NCBI GenBank assembly: GCA_965217775.1
Contig: CBDCJH010000001.1
Location: 29,816 to 93,815, forward strand
Direction of reading: 5' to 3'
DNA length: 64,000 nt
Source of the DNA: Acidobacteriota bacterium
Lineage (GTDB): Bacteria; Acidobacteriota; UBA6911; RPQK01; JAJDTT01
This document shows, piece after piece, positions 27,606 to 36,501 of the stretch. The notes beneath the pieces were generated by a model. It saw nothing but the letters and a program-made list of their open reading frames with translations, was not told where the DNA came from and searched no databases. The translations under genes and the position numbers were made by a program. Each line of letters begins with the position of its first letter. Within the stretch, counting starts at the first letter, position 1.

Positions 27606-29252
27606 TCACAGATACCCCACCAGGCTCAGCGTGGTGACGATCGCCAGCAGGGTGAAGAAGGATCCGGCCAGGAACATTCCGATGCGCATGGGCCAGCCGG
27701 GGCGAAGTTCCGGGGGCAGCAGGATGACGTTGACGGCCAGCGTGTGGAAACAGCTCACGCCCAAAGCGTAATTGAAGATGTTGGTGGCGAACTTCAAGAG
27801 TTCCAGCGGCGGCGCCAATGAGAGCATGATGAGTCCGAACCCGGCGTAGCCGGCCAGCACCTTGAAATAGACGATCCGGATCCGGCTGGGTTCCAGCTTC
27901 CGCAGGCGTGCGCTGGAGGTCCAGAACACGTCCACCCACCGGCGGATCACTCCGTCCGCCGACGTCGCCATGGTCGGAGCCAGGACCAGAAAACCGCAGC
28001 ACATGGTGAGGTACCAGAAGAGCACGCCGGCATCCAGGCCCCAGGCCGCCCCCACGTGATCCCGTACGCCGGAGGCCGTCATGCCGGCTGCGACCCAGCT
28101 GCTGGCTTCCGTACCCCGGGGCAGAAACTGCACCGAGAGCATGCTGGGCAGGGCCAGGCCCAGGAAGCAGGCCGGCATCCAGACGGCCAATTGGTCGCGG
28201 GCAACATGCCGGTACCAGCGGCGAAATCTGCCCAGGGAGCTGCGCGTCACCTCGAAGACCATCCCCACGTGGGACAGGCTCAGGTTGTGCCCTCCGATGA
28301 CGCTGGGGATGGCTCCGACGTGACGCCCCATTCCCCAACCCTGATCCCTCGTGTAGTTGCTGATGGGAGCATTGGAGAGCCCCCCGCTGCCGGCGATGGC
28401 GGCGAATGCCGCCAAGAGGGAGATGGTGCTGAAATCGATCTCGGGCAGTGTACCCTTGTCCATCAGGGAGATGAAGATGTTCTCGGTCTCGGTTCCACCG
28501 ACGGGAACCGACCCGAACTTGAGGAAGCCGCTGAAGATCTCGAACCAGGTGGAGAGGCTGGAGTGGAAGATTCCCAGGATTGAGAGAAACCCCAGGACGA
28601 CCACGATCTTGAAGGTCATCACCGCCCGGAGCGAGTTGTAGATCTTGCCGCCGATCAGCAGCGGTATCAGGGCCGCCAGAAAAATCACGTAGCCCAGGAT
28701 CTTCAGGAGCCACCAGTGGGCATCGTTGTTGAGGGGGTCGGGAAGGACTCCTCCCAGCAGCACGGCGGCCAGAGGGGTGGCCGCATTGGCCGCCAGATAG
28801 GGAAAGACGGCTCCAAAATCCAGGAAAATGTAGGCGATAAGCCAGAACCTGGGTCCGGGCAGAGTCCGGAACTTGCCGGTGAAGATCGGTTCTCCCGTGT
28901 AGAGTGCGTACCGGCTGATCTCGATGTTGTAGAGAACCTGACTCATGATGCTCAGGGTGGCGAGCCACATGAGAGCGCCGCCGTACTTGGCCGTTACGGC
29001 CGGTCCCATCAGCCATTCGCCGCCGCCGATGGCGCCTCCTCCCAGGAGCAGGCCGGGACCCAGCAAGCCGAACCAGTTTCGAGTCGTGAAGACAGGCGCC
29101 TTCACCAGCTCACCGGTCTGCCACCGCGGCATCTCCTTGGAACCGGGATGGGGCGCCTGAAAGCCACGGCTTCCCGAGCCAGGAGATGAGTTTTCCGGTC
29201 TCGTGTCTTGCATTCCTGAAACCTTTCTGCTGGGGCTCCCGCTACGGGCCAT
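27606..29252 (-). CDS. Nramp-like polytopic membrane transporter
   Basis: 548 aa and strongly hydrophobic (10 or more predicted TM segments by eye). N-terminal GPGLLLGGGAIGGGEWLMGP resembles the Nramp signature. Confidence 0.55.
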   Translation of the reverse strand: MARSGSPSRKVSGMQDTRPENSSPGSGSRGFQAPHPGSKEMPRWQTGELVKAPVFTTRNWFGLLGPGLLLGGGAIGGGEWLMGPAVTAKYGGALMWLATLSIMSQVLYNIEISRYALYTGEPIFTGKFRTLPGPRFWLIAYIFLDFGAVFPYLAANAATPLAAVLLGGVLPDPLNNDAHWWLLKILGYVIFLAALIPLLIGGKIYNSLRAVMTFKIVVVLGFLSILGIFHSSLSTWFEIFSGFLKFGSVPVGGTETENIFISLMDKGTLPEIDFSTISLLAAFAAIAGSGGLSNAPISNYTRDQGWGMGRHVGAIPSVIGGHNLSLSHVGMVFEVTRSSLGRFRRWYRHVARDQLAVWMPACFLGLALPSMLSVQFLPRGTEASSWVAAGMTASGVRDHVGAAWGLDAGVLFWYLTMCCGFLVLAPTMATSADGVIRRWVDVFWTSSARLRKLEPSRIRIVYFKVLAGYAGFGLIMLSLAPPLELLKFATNIFNYALGVSCFHTLAVNVILLPPELRPGWPMRIGMFLAGSFFTLLAIVTTLSLVGYL

Positions 29253-29293
29253 TGAGGGCTGCTATGCTAGACTGCGCTCCGGAACTCCGCAAC

Positions 29294-30811
29294 ATGCAGG
29301 TCCTTTCCAAACCGGTACCGGCGAGTCCGATGGGGGCAGTGATTCTCCTGCTGTTGACGCTGGCGAACCTTACGGCAGCGCCGATCAAGGGCGTCGGCGA
29401 GCTCCCCGCGCAGGGCGAGATCCCGTCTCCGCCGGTGCCGGGACAGCCGGCGCGGGCGGATCTGGATCGAGCCATCACCCGGGGCACCCGATCCTTCATC
29501 CGGGACTTCGTCGAGCCCTCCTACGCCGCCATCTCCAACGGCGGCTACGTCGACTACAAGAACGCCGACGGCGCCGTCAAACGCTACGGACCCAAGGCCT
29601 ACGTGGCCTACCAGCTCTACCTGCTGACCCATTTCCTCATGTACTATCAGGACTTCGGCGTCGATCCGCAGAGCGAGCTCTTCCGGAAGGTCAGAACTTG
29701 GTTCGTGGAGGAATTCGATCGCCGGACCGGGAACTGGCTCTGGTCCCACGAGGGCTGCCTCCACGCCAAGGGAATGATCGCTCTGGCCAATCTGGGCCGT
29801 TCCTCCCTGGTGCGGAAGGGGTACGAATGGGCGCTCAGGTCGCCGCTCTCCCTGCCCTATCTGCCCCCCAGTTCCCTGCCGGTCGCCGACCGGGTCTTCA
29901 CCATCATGCAATCGGGCAACATCATCCAGACCCTGGGCAACGCCCGGAGTTCGCTCACCGGAAAGCACGGCTGGGAGCACGGCAGTCCGGTTCCCGACCT
30001 GGAGAACAGCGCCAAGCTCCTCTATGCCCTCTTGCAGGCCGGGTTCCCGTCCACGGACGCTCGCCTGACCGACCTCCGCCGGGGACTGGCGAACCGGCTT
30101 CTGGCCCTGGGTCCCCGCCTGATCGCAGCGGACTACGTGGGACTGGCCTGGTACGTCTTCCTGACCCACGACTTCGACCTGGAACCCGACCTGGCCTACC
30201 AGCGGTGTCTTCAGATTATGGAGGCGACCATCGACGGTGAATGGAAGTCGCATTTCGCCCTGATGGAATTTCCGGGCTTCCGCAGCCTCCTGGTGCGGGC
30301 GCTCATGACCGCCGGCAGGAGATCGCCTCAGGTGGATGCCGCCGTGAACGGGTACGTCGCGTCGCAAAGTGAAACTGGGGCCTGGCCGCTACCCCGCGCC
30401 CTCAGTCTATGGGGACTGGACAAGCCGCCGGTCGCCGGGATCAAACTGGGCACCATGGACGGCGCCAACACCTACCTGTTGACGCTGACGCTGATCCACT
30501 ACCGGGACAGGATCTCCAGTGACAACTCCGCGTTCGCCGTCCCGTCCCTTTCCCTGAAACACCGTCTCGCGCCGGCCGCCGTACGAGACGACTCTCCAGG
30601 AGCGAAGGCGGTGGAGCGGGCCTGTACCGGTTGCCATGCCCGGCCTCACCCCGATGCCTATGGCCGCGAGGATTGGCCGGGCGTCACCCGGAAAATGGAA
30701 GAGTACATGTTCGAGAAGGGGATGAACGTCGCTCCCCGGGATCTCACCCTGGTTCTCGACTACCTGATGGAGAAAGCTTCGTCCCGGTCGGGGACCAACG
30801 AGCCAAGGTGA
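29294..30811 (+). CDS. secreted hypothetical protein with a C-terminal c-type haem-binding motif
   Basis: Internal ATG at 29294 gives a signal peptide (MGAVILLLLTLANLTAAP). CxxCH motif ACTGCHARPHP near the C-terminus. The N-terminal ~400 aa were not recognised. Confidence 0.55.
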   Translation: MQVLSKPVPASPMGAVILLLLTLANLTAAPIKGVGELPAQGEIPSPPVPGQPARADLDRAITRGTRSFIRDFVEPSYAAISNGGYVDYKNADGAVKRYGPKAYVAYQLYLLTHFLMYYQDFGVDPQSELFRKVRTWFVEEFDRRTGNWLWSHEGCLHAKGMIALANLGRSSLVRKGYEWALRSPLSLPYLPPSSLPVADRVFTIMQSGNIIQTLGNARSSLTGKHGWEHGSPVPDLENSAKLLYALLQAGFPSTDARLTDLRRGLANRLLALGPRLIAADYVGLAWYVFLTHDFDLEPDLAYQRCLQIMEATIDGEWKSHFALMEFPGFRSLLVRALMTAGRRSPQVDAAVNGYVASQSETGAWPLPRALSLWGLDKPPVAGIKLGTMDGANTYLLTLTLIHYRDRISSDNSAFAVPSLSLKHRLAPAAVRDDSPGAKAVERACTGCHARPHPDAYGREDWPGVTRKMEEYMFEKGMNVAPRDLTLVLDYLMEKASSRSGTNEPR

Positions 30812-30952
30812 AGCGACATCAGTAGCCTGCGCCCTGCTACAGTTTCGAAGCCGGATAATCTGAGATTCCACCGACGCACCGCAGACGGACCGCTTTGGGC
30901 AGCGCCCCTCCCCCACTGCTGCGGGGCAAGAGGGGCGCCGTCCCGGTCTTCA

Positions 30953-32224
30953 TCATGACCGTCCCTGGACGCTCGTGGGCGCGCCCGGTCTCCCCGTAGG
31001 GACTCCGGCTCCGGCTTGCGAGCGTACGGGCCACCCGGAACGCGATTTTGTTGTTCCGGTTCGCGGTGGTGTTCCTGTTGCGGTTCGCGGAGCGCAGGTT
31101 CCTAGGGTTGTTGTTCCAGGAGCCGCCGCGCAAAACGCGCCGGGGGGACGGTCAGGCCTCCGGACGGGGCCGAAACGCACCGCCCGGAAGATCGCTTGGC
31201 GCAAGCGCCAGGTGTTCGCATGCTCGGCATGCGCGATCCAGGCGCGCACGTGCCGAGTCATCTGTTCCAGGTCCACCGTGCCCGCGTGCCAGCGGTCGCG
31301 CAGCCCCCGCAGGCGATTGCGGAACCGGCGCACGTTCGCTTCCGGCAATCGGCGGTAACCGCCCGGAAGTAGGACCAGGCCCAGGAACGGAGTCGGTTGA
31401 GCAGTTTCCAGCACCACCGTCTTGCGTGGGTGCAGCCGCAGGCGCCGGCCCTTGAGATACGTCGCGATTCGATTCCGCCAGTCCTCGAGCCGCCCGCGGT
31501 CGTCGTGAAACAGCGCGAAGTCGTCCACGTACCTGAGATATCCCTTCGCCCGCAGCACTTCCTTGCAGAAGTGGTCGAGACCGTTCAGATAGAGATTGGC
31601 GAAGAACTGGCTCGTCAGGTTGCCGATGGGCAAACCTCGCCGGCGTTCGAACGGGGTGAAGAGATTGTCGCCGGGATAGTAGAGGTTCACCGGTTCCTGC
31701 GGGTTGGACCCCTCGATGAGGCGTTCCGCTAACGCCAGGGTGCGCCGGCAGGCGATCCGCCGCCGCAGGTCCGCCTTGAGGATCTCGTGGTCGATGGCCG
31801 GGAAGTAGCGGTAGACGTCACAACGCAGCACCCAACGGTGCCGGTCGCGAAATCGTTCGTAGCGCGCGATGGCCCGGTGGGTTCCCTTGCCCTTCCGGTT
31901 GGCGTAGCTGTCGTGGATGAAGCCGCGTTCGAAGATGGGTTCCACCACGCGGCAGAAGGCATGGTGGACGACCCGGTCCCGAAAGGGCGCCGCCGAGACC
32001 ATGCGGCGTTTGGGGTCCCGGATCTCGATCACGGTGTAGCGTCCGGGACGGTAGCGCCCGCTCCTCAGTTCCCGCTCCAGGCGCAGAACCTGAGGCTCCA
32101 GATTGGCCAGGAACGACGCCACGCCCGGCTTGGCCCGTTTGCCCTTACAGGCGATCCGGGCCGCCTCCAGCAGGGCCGAAAACGAGGCGATCCGGTCAAA
32201 GAGGTCACGCGCTTTCGCGGGCAT
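30953..32224 (-). CDS. DGR-type reverse transcriptase; the annotated ORF reads through TR1
   Basis: 423-aa ORF with RT motifs, including the DGR-typical LPIGNLTSQFFANLYLNGLD and catalytic RYVDDFALF. After about residue 350 the ORF is just the open frame across TR1. Confidence 0.9.
   Translation of the reverse strand: MPAKARDLFDRIASFSALLEAARIACKGKRAKPGVASFLANLEPQVLRLERELRSGRYRPGRYTVIEIRDPKRRMVSAAPFRDRVVHHAFCRVVEPIFERGFIHDSYANRKGKGTHRAIARYERFRDRHRWVLRCDVYRYFPAIDHEILKADLRRRIACRRTLALAERLIEGSNPQEPVNLYYPGDNLFTPFERRRGLPIGNLTSQFFANLYLNGLDHFCKEVLRAKGYLRYVDDFALFHDDRGRLEDWRNRIATYLKGRRLRLHPRKTVVLETAQPTPFLGLVLLPGGYRRLPEANVRRFRNRLRGLRDRWHAGTVDLEQMTRHVRAWIAHAEHANTWRLRQAIFRAVRFGPVRRPDRPPGAFCAAAPGTTTLGTCAPRTATGTPPRTGTTKSRSGWPVRSQAGAGVPTGRPGAPTSVQGRS
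31032..31143 (-). other. DGR template repeat TR1
   Basis: Adenine/AAC-rich on the minus strand. In the VR frame it reads RGGSWNNNPRNLRSANRNRNTTANRNNKIAFRVAR. Aligns to VR 32696-32823 with mismatches mostly at TR adenines. Confidence 0.85.
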
Positions 32225-32600
32225 GATGCGCTTTCCGCCAGCCGCCGACCAGACGGCCGGTCTCGTCGAGTTGTCGGGCCGCGTGTTCGTAACGGCGCGG
32301 GTCCAGGTAACGCAGCTCGCGGGCCAGACGGCATAGGCACCGGAGCTTCTCCAGACCCAGGTTGGCGGCGGCCAGGGCGGGACCGCGGTGCCGGGTGTAG
32401 GTCGCCTCGATCAGCCGCTCCAGAACGTCCAGAGCCGAGGTCTGGATCCGGTCCCCCAGCAGAAACTTCTGCCGGCGCGGAAAGCGCTCCACCGTCGGGA
32501 TCAACCAGGCGAGGAATCGATAGTGCGACTCCAATGCGGGGCCAGTTTCACGCGAACGGTCGCCACTCCGGACACGCCGCCGCTGGGATTCATTCCTCAA
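32205..32600 (-). CDS. avd: DGR accessory variability determinant (Avd, four-helix-bundle family)
   Basis: 131 aa with a TTG start; a later TTG is also possible. YRFLAWLIPTVERFPRRQKFLLGDRI...LRCLCRLARELRYL...GRLVGGWRK matches the Avd pattern. Overlaps the RT start by 20 nt. Confidence 0.8.
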   Translation of the reverse strand: MRNESQRRRVRSGDRSRETGPALESHYRFLAWLIPTVERFPRRQKFLLGDRIQTSALDVLERLIEATYTRHRGPALAAANLGLEKLRCLCRLARELRYLDPRRYEHAARQLDETGRLVGGWRKAHHARESA

Positions 32601-32618
32601 ATTTGCCGATCAACCTCA

Positions 32619-32645
32619 AGAAAAAACCAGGGCGTTGCCCCCTGG
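32619..32645 (-). terminator. stem-loop plus T6 downstream of VR (intrinsic terminator and/or DGR target-recognition hairpin)
   Basis: The minus strand reads CCAGGG-GGCAACG-CCCTGG followed by TTTTTT. It lies about 50 nt 3' of VR and just upstream of avd. Confidence 0.55.
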
Positions 32646-32695
32646 CCCCCCGCAGGAGATAAAGATTTAAGGATTCAAGGGGTAACGGTCCGGGG

Positions 32696-32823
32696 CACCC
32701 GGAACGCGATTCCGAGGTCACCGAATTCACATGAGCCGGTTCGCGGAGGCGGACCCGCTGCGGTACGCGGAGCGCAGGAGCCCGGGGAAATTGCTCCGGG
32801 AGCCGCCGCGCAAAACGCGCCGG
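32696..32823 (-). other. DGR variable repeat (VR) at the 3' end of the target gene
   Basis: Collinear with TR1. By hand count about 18 of 22 substitutions are at TR adenines. VR carries a 16-nt insertion relative to TR1, and a TGA sits where TR1 has AAA. Confidence 0.8.
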
Positions 32824-33944
32824 GAACATTTCCCGCTCTCCCACGCCGAGCCGTTTGTCGGCGCTCCTTGGTAATTCTCGTTCCAACAATCCTGCACCCA
32901 CTCATACACGTTCCCGTGCATGTCGTGCAGGCCCCAGCCGTTGGGACCGAACGATCCCACCGGCGCCGTCTGTGCCTTGTCCCACTTACTCCCGCAGCCA
33001 ACACAGTTGGCCCGGTTGCGACCGATCCCGTTCCCCCAACTGTAGACCGTCTCCGTCCCCGCCCGAGACGCACCCCATCCGGAAGCTCCCCCCGGGGATC
33101 ACCACCATCTCCGGCCGAATCGGGTCCGCCTGGCTGCAGTCGTAAGTGCTGCTGCGGTCATAGGTGACCGACCTCTCGTTTTCTCCTCCCGGATCAAGGG
33201 TCCAAGTCCCGTCCCGTTTGTCCTCCACATACGACCCTTGTTCTACGATCTGCCCGTCATCGTTGCGCCTCACCCAGCGGCCGTGTTTCTTGCCTTCGAC
33301 GTAGGAGATTTCCCATGTGTCGCCGTCCGCGTCTCGGCCGGTCAGTTGGCCGTGTCTTTTGCCGTCTACGTACGGCCTTTTCTCTATGGATCCGTCTGGC
33401 CACCGAGCAGTCCAAAGGCCCTGCATATTGCCTTCCACGAAGGGTCCTTCTGTCTTGTTCCCGGACAGGTCACCGTCTGCTCCGGCAAGAGATATTCGTC
33501 CCACACGTGGCATCCCGGCTGGTTGGCCAGTTCCTTCCAACATTCGGAACCCTTCGCTTTGCCTGAGCAGGTCTGGACGGCATTGAACGTGTCCGCTTCG
33601 GCGGCGTTCAACAATTCCAGGGCTTCGATGTAGTGGTCCCCGTCGCGTCCAGCCATCTCCAAATAGCGCGTCACCATCTGGACCGCCCGGGCGGGACGGC
33701 CCGTCCGCTACGCCACTTGGGCACTTCGAAAATAGAATTCTTCCGGAAGCTTTAGACCCTGTTCCGTCTCTAACGTACTCATCTTGTCGAGCGCGGTTTG
33801 AGCACCAGCGAAGTCTTGCCGCTCGATCGCTTGCCGCGCGGAAAGTAGGTAGCGGTCCGCTTGGATCTCGGGTGGCAGCTGGGCGACCGTCGCGGGAGCG
33901 CCCAAGAATACGAAAACGACAACGCTCCGGATTCTTTTTTCCAT
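32727..33944 (-). pseudogene. DGR target: signal peptide + YwqK/MORN-like repeats + FGE-sulfatase (C-type lectin fold) domain; apparently disrupted
   Basis: The coding signal is split over track ORFs 33708-33944, 33384-33677, 32986-34017 (the latter's 3' half) and 32727-32960. There is an in-frame TAG at 33710-33708, a frame change near 33478, and a frame change plus missing domain core near 33055. Confidence 0.7.
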
Positions 33945-34080
33945 TGATTCTCTCCCGGTCTTCAGTGCATGCAGGTGAGGTGTGAATGCAGCCTATTCTA
34001 AAGGACCATCGGGCCATCTATCTTTTTGCTCCGCGGCAACCATTCTCCTGCTCCACTGATCGCTCTTCCCACCCTTCGCG

Positions 34081-35418
34081 TCACTTCACTAGGGCACCAA
34101 AAAGGTCCTCCAGATTTCGTGAGACGCCAAAGATGAATCGTAAGTCGTCAATCCCTTCGCCGTTGTTCAAATCAAATCCGAAGTGGATTCCTTTCAGATA
34201 GAGGCGAGACTCGATGTAGGTTCTCCATGGACGTTTCCGGGTAAAGTCCTTTTCCTCAATCATAGAAATAAGAGGGGGACCACGCCTCTTAGTTGGCATG
34301 GTGCGGCACTTTTGTATGTCTCTCGCACACTTCATTGCATTGGGTGTCAGCGGCGTTGCGATCTCATAGTTTTCAAACTTGCCGTAGGACACGTCCACGT
34401 AGAAGACCGGGGACCACGTGTTTCTCTTAGCCTTGTCCATGAGCGAGAATCGGCCTCCGAACGTGTAAGCAGAATAAATGTCATCTACATCCCAAATTCG
34501 AAGCGCCTTCTCACTACCCGTTATGCTTTGAAGGACGTACCTCCCAATAAAGCCACCCGACCACTGGTAGCGATCGTTTGATCCCAACGCTGCGACTGGG
34601 AAGTAGCGACCGACAACACCACCAAGGTGAATCGTCGCAGCTTTCTGTGACTGGATAAACGCACTCGAATCGAAGCCACCGCTGGCGTCCCCGGTGCTTG
34701 TCTTCACGCCAACCGAAGAAAGGCGAATGTTGACAATGGGATCAACGACGCATTCTCTTTCTGGGTCCACTATGGCTGGCATCAGGTCAAGCGCCATGTA
34801 CAGGTTCGCCTTAGTGAACGGTTCATTCGACCCCGCTTGAGCAGGGGCTTGAAGGTTCAACCTGTGCGTAGAGTTCGCCAGAACCACTCCAGCCGTGGCG
34901 TTCGCCCGCAGTAGACTTAGTACTGTTTTGTCGTCGGAATCACCTGCTGTGCCTTTGGCGTGTTCCGACCATGGGCCGCCGCCGCCTTCATTGTAAGCGC
35001 GAACCCGGTAGTGTTTCGTCGTACCGGCAAGGAGGTCGGTGTGGTGATACTTTGGTTTCTTGGGGTCAATGTCGTCGCATAGGATGATCCAGCCGGTGTT
35101 GCCGTCGTCGGAGACTTGGAGCGTGTAACCGGTGATCGTGGCATCTGCAGCCGGTTTGTTCCACGTCACCTCGATGCTACTGATTCCGGAGACCGCTTTC
35201 AGTCCACAGACTTTTTCTGGCTTTGGTGGGGAGGTCGTCTCCCCCGTGCCTGTCCCGAACCCGAGGACAGAGGCGTACATGAGGACGATGAGGAAGGCAA
35301 GAATATGACTGAGACGGGAGATAAATGAGAGCTTCTTACTCCTCCGCCACCCTCGCGGACCATTTGGCAGATTGGGCGGGATGTCGGGAGTGAGCCATCG
35401 GGCGGGTTCTTCTGACAC
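34081..35418 (-). CDS. membrane-anchored protein with a fibronectin type III domain and an unrecognised ~280-aa C-terminal domain
   Basis: 445 aa with TM ILAFLIVLMYASVLGF. FN3-like segment SIEVTWNKPAADATITGYTLQVSDDGNTGW...HYRVRAYNEGGGGPWS. Visibly lower GC than its flanks. Confidence 0.65.
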   Translation of the reverse strand: MSEEPARWLTPDIPPNLPNGPRGWRRSKKLSFISRLSHILAFLIVLMYASVLGFGTGTGETTSPPKPEKVCGLKAVSGISSIEVTWNKPAADATITGYTLQVSDDGNTGWIILCDDIDPKKPKYHHTDLLAGTTKHYRVRAYNEGGGGPWSEHAKGTAGDSDDKTVLSLLRANATAGVVLANSTHRLNLQAPAQAGSNEPFTKANLYMALDLMPAIVDPERECVVDPIVNIRLSSVGVKTSTGDASGGFDSSAFIQSQKAATIHLGGVVGRYFPVAALGSNDRYQWSGGFIGRYVLQSITGSEKALRIWDVDDIYSAYTFGGRFSLMDKAKRNTWSPVFYVDVSYGKFENYEIATPLTPNAMKCARDIQKCRTMPTKRRGPPLISMIEEKDFTRKRPWRTYIESRLYLKGIHFGFDLNNGEGIDDLRFIFGVSRNLEDLFGALVK

Positions 35419-36159
35419 TCTAACCTCCTTGAGGAAACCGTACCATTAGTTACCGTATCTATGACTTCGATCATGCCGAGTGAGTTGCTGAATTCAAGAT
35501 AAAGTGCCTTACAGGAAATAATCCCACATATCGTCATGCTCTAAGTTGGCCGCCACTTCTGTGCATATCTCAAGTGAACTTTCCCTGTAACTAAGGACGC
35601 AACTTTTTTTAAACGAGAATGCGGAATGTTACAACTTAGTACGTGCCTTTTTAGTCCCCATTTCTCATCACCGAAACGGAAGTCGGTGCGTTTAACGGCA
35701 TTTCAATGGTTTTCTTATTCATATGAATTCAAGTGCCGTCTTGCCGACTCGAATGTGGCGACAAAAGCCAAGATCGGGCGATGTCCAGAGGCATTTGACG
35801 TCCCACCTGCGTTCATGAGCCAGATTTCTCAAAGAGCCGACTCCAGCGCAGAGTCCGTCCGGCGCGGCGGACTCCCAAGGTGGCGTCTTCCCATTCGCTG
35901 TTTCCCGTCAACAGCGAACCTGGAGGGATTGCCCTCGCGCCAGAACCGATCACAAACACGAATTGCTAGCCCTGGTTTCACGAGCCGAAGCGGCTCCTGG
36001 CGGCTCACAAGTCTATCACCTGATGTTCAAATACCTATGACGTTTGGGAAACGAGAACCGGACAGTTTCCCCGAAAAAATTGAGGAGAGGCGCGATAGCC
36101 GTAGGTCCGAGGGAGTCGCTGTTGGCGGCGGCCTTCGCCGCTATGCTGGCGCCTCGATC

Positions 36160-36262
36160 TCCCTTCCTGCTTGCCGTGTAGCGGATCGTTCGTGGCGTCC
36201 ACGTTCAGGATCATGTACGCGGGCGGCGCTTGGTGCGCTTCCAGGAACACCTCCACCGGTCG
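36160..36262 (-). pseudogene. fragment resembling the N-terminal catalytic region of a DDE transposase (IS1380/IS4-superfamily-like)
   Basis: The minus-strand translation EVFLEAHQAPPAYMILNVDATNDPLHGKQEG resembles the LDxDxTxxxxHGxQEG block of such transposases. The similarity stops abruptly. Bounded by motif copies. Confidence 0.35.
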
Positions 36263-36501
36263 GAACCAGAGAGAAGGGGACAGTCACGTTTTCTGCATGC
36301 GATTCGCCAGGACCGAAAAGGGGACAGTCACATTCTCTGCTGTCGCTACTGGGGAGCTCCAGACTCGACTTCCACCGAGCCGCTCTTCGCCTGGAGACCC
36401 AAGAGGAGGATCGAAGCCCTATTGGCCGTTTCGACCTTGACCGAAGAGGAGAAGGAGACAGTCTATTTGTCGCGCGCCGTTGTCCTTGGTACGGTAGCGT
36501 A

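Noticed and set aside
27355-29016. 553-aa minus ORF overlapping the transporter gene in another frame.
   Set aside because: It has an Arg/Gly/Pro-rich off-frame composition. The 27606-29252 frame gives a coherent polytopic membrane protein.
30837-31133. 98-aa minus ORF (MRGGSWNNNPRNLRSANRNRNTT...) as a protein-coding gene.
   Set aside because: It is the template repeat read in the VR frame. The Asn-rich string reflects AAC codons of a DGR TR, not a gene.
30953-32224. The RT as a group II intron maturase or a retron RT.
   Set aside because: No intron RNA domains or msr/msd-like inverted repeats were seen. The Avd ORF, the IGNLTSQ motif and a TR/VR pair with adenine-biased mismatches point to a DGR.
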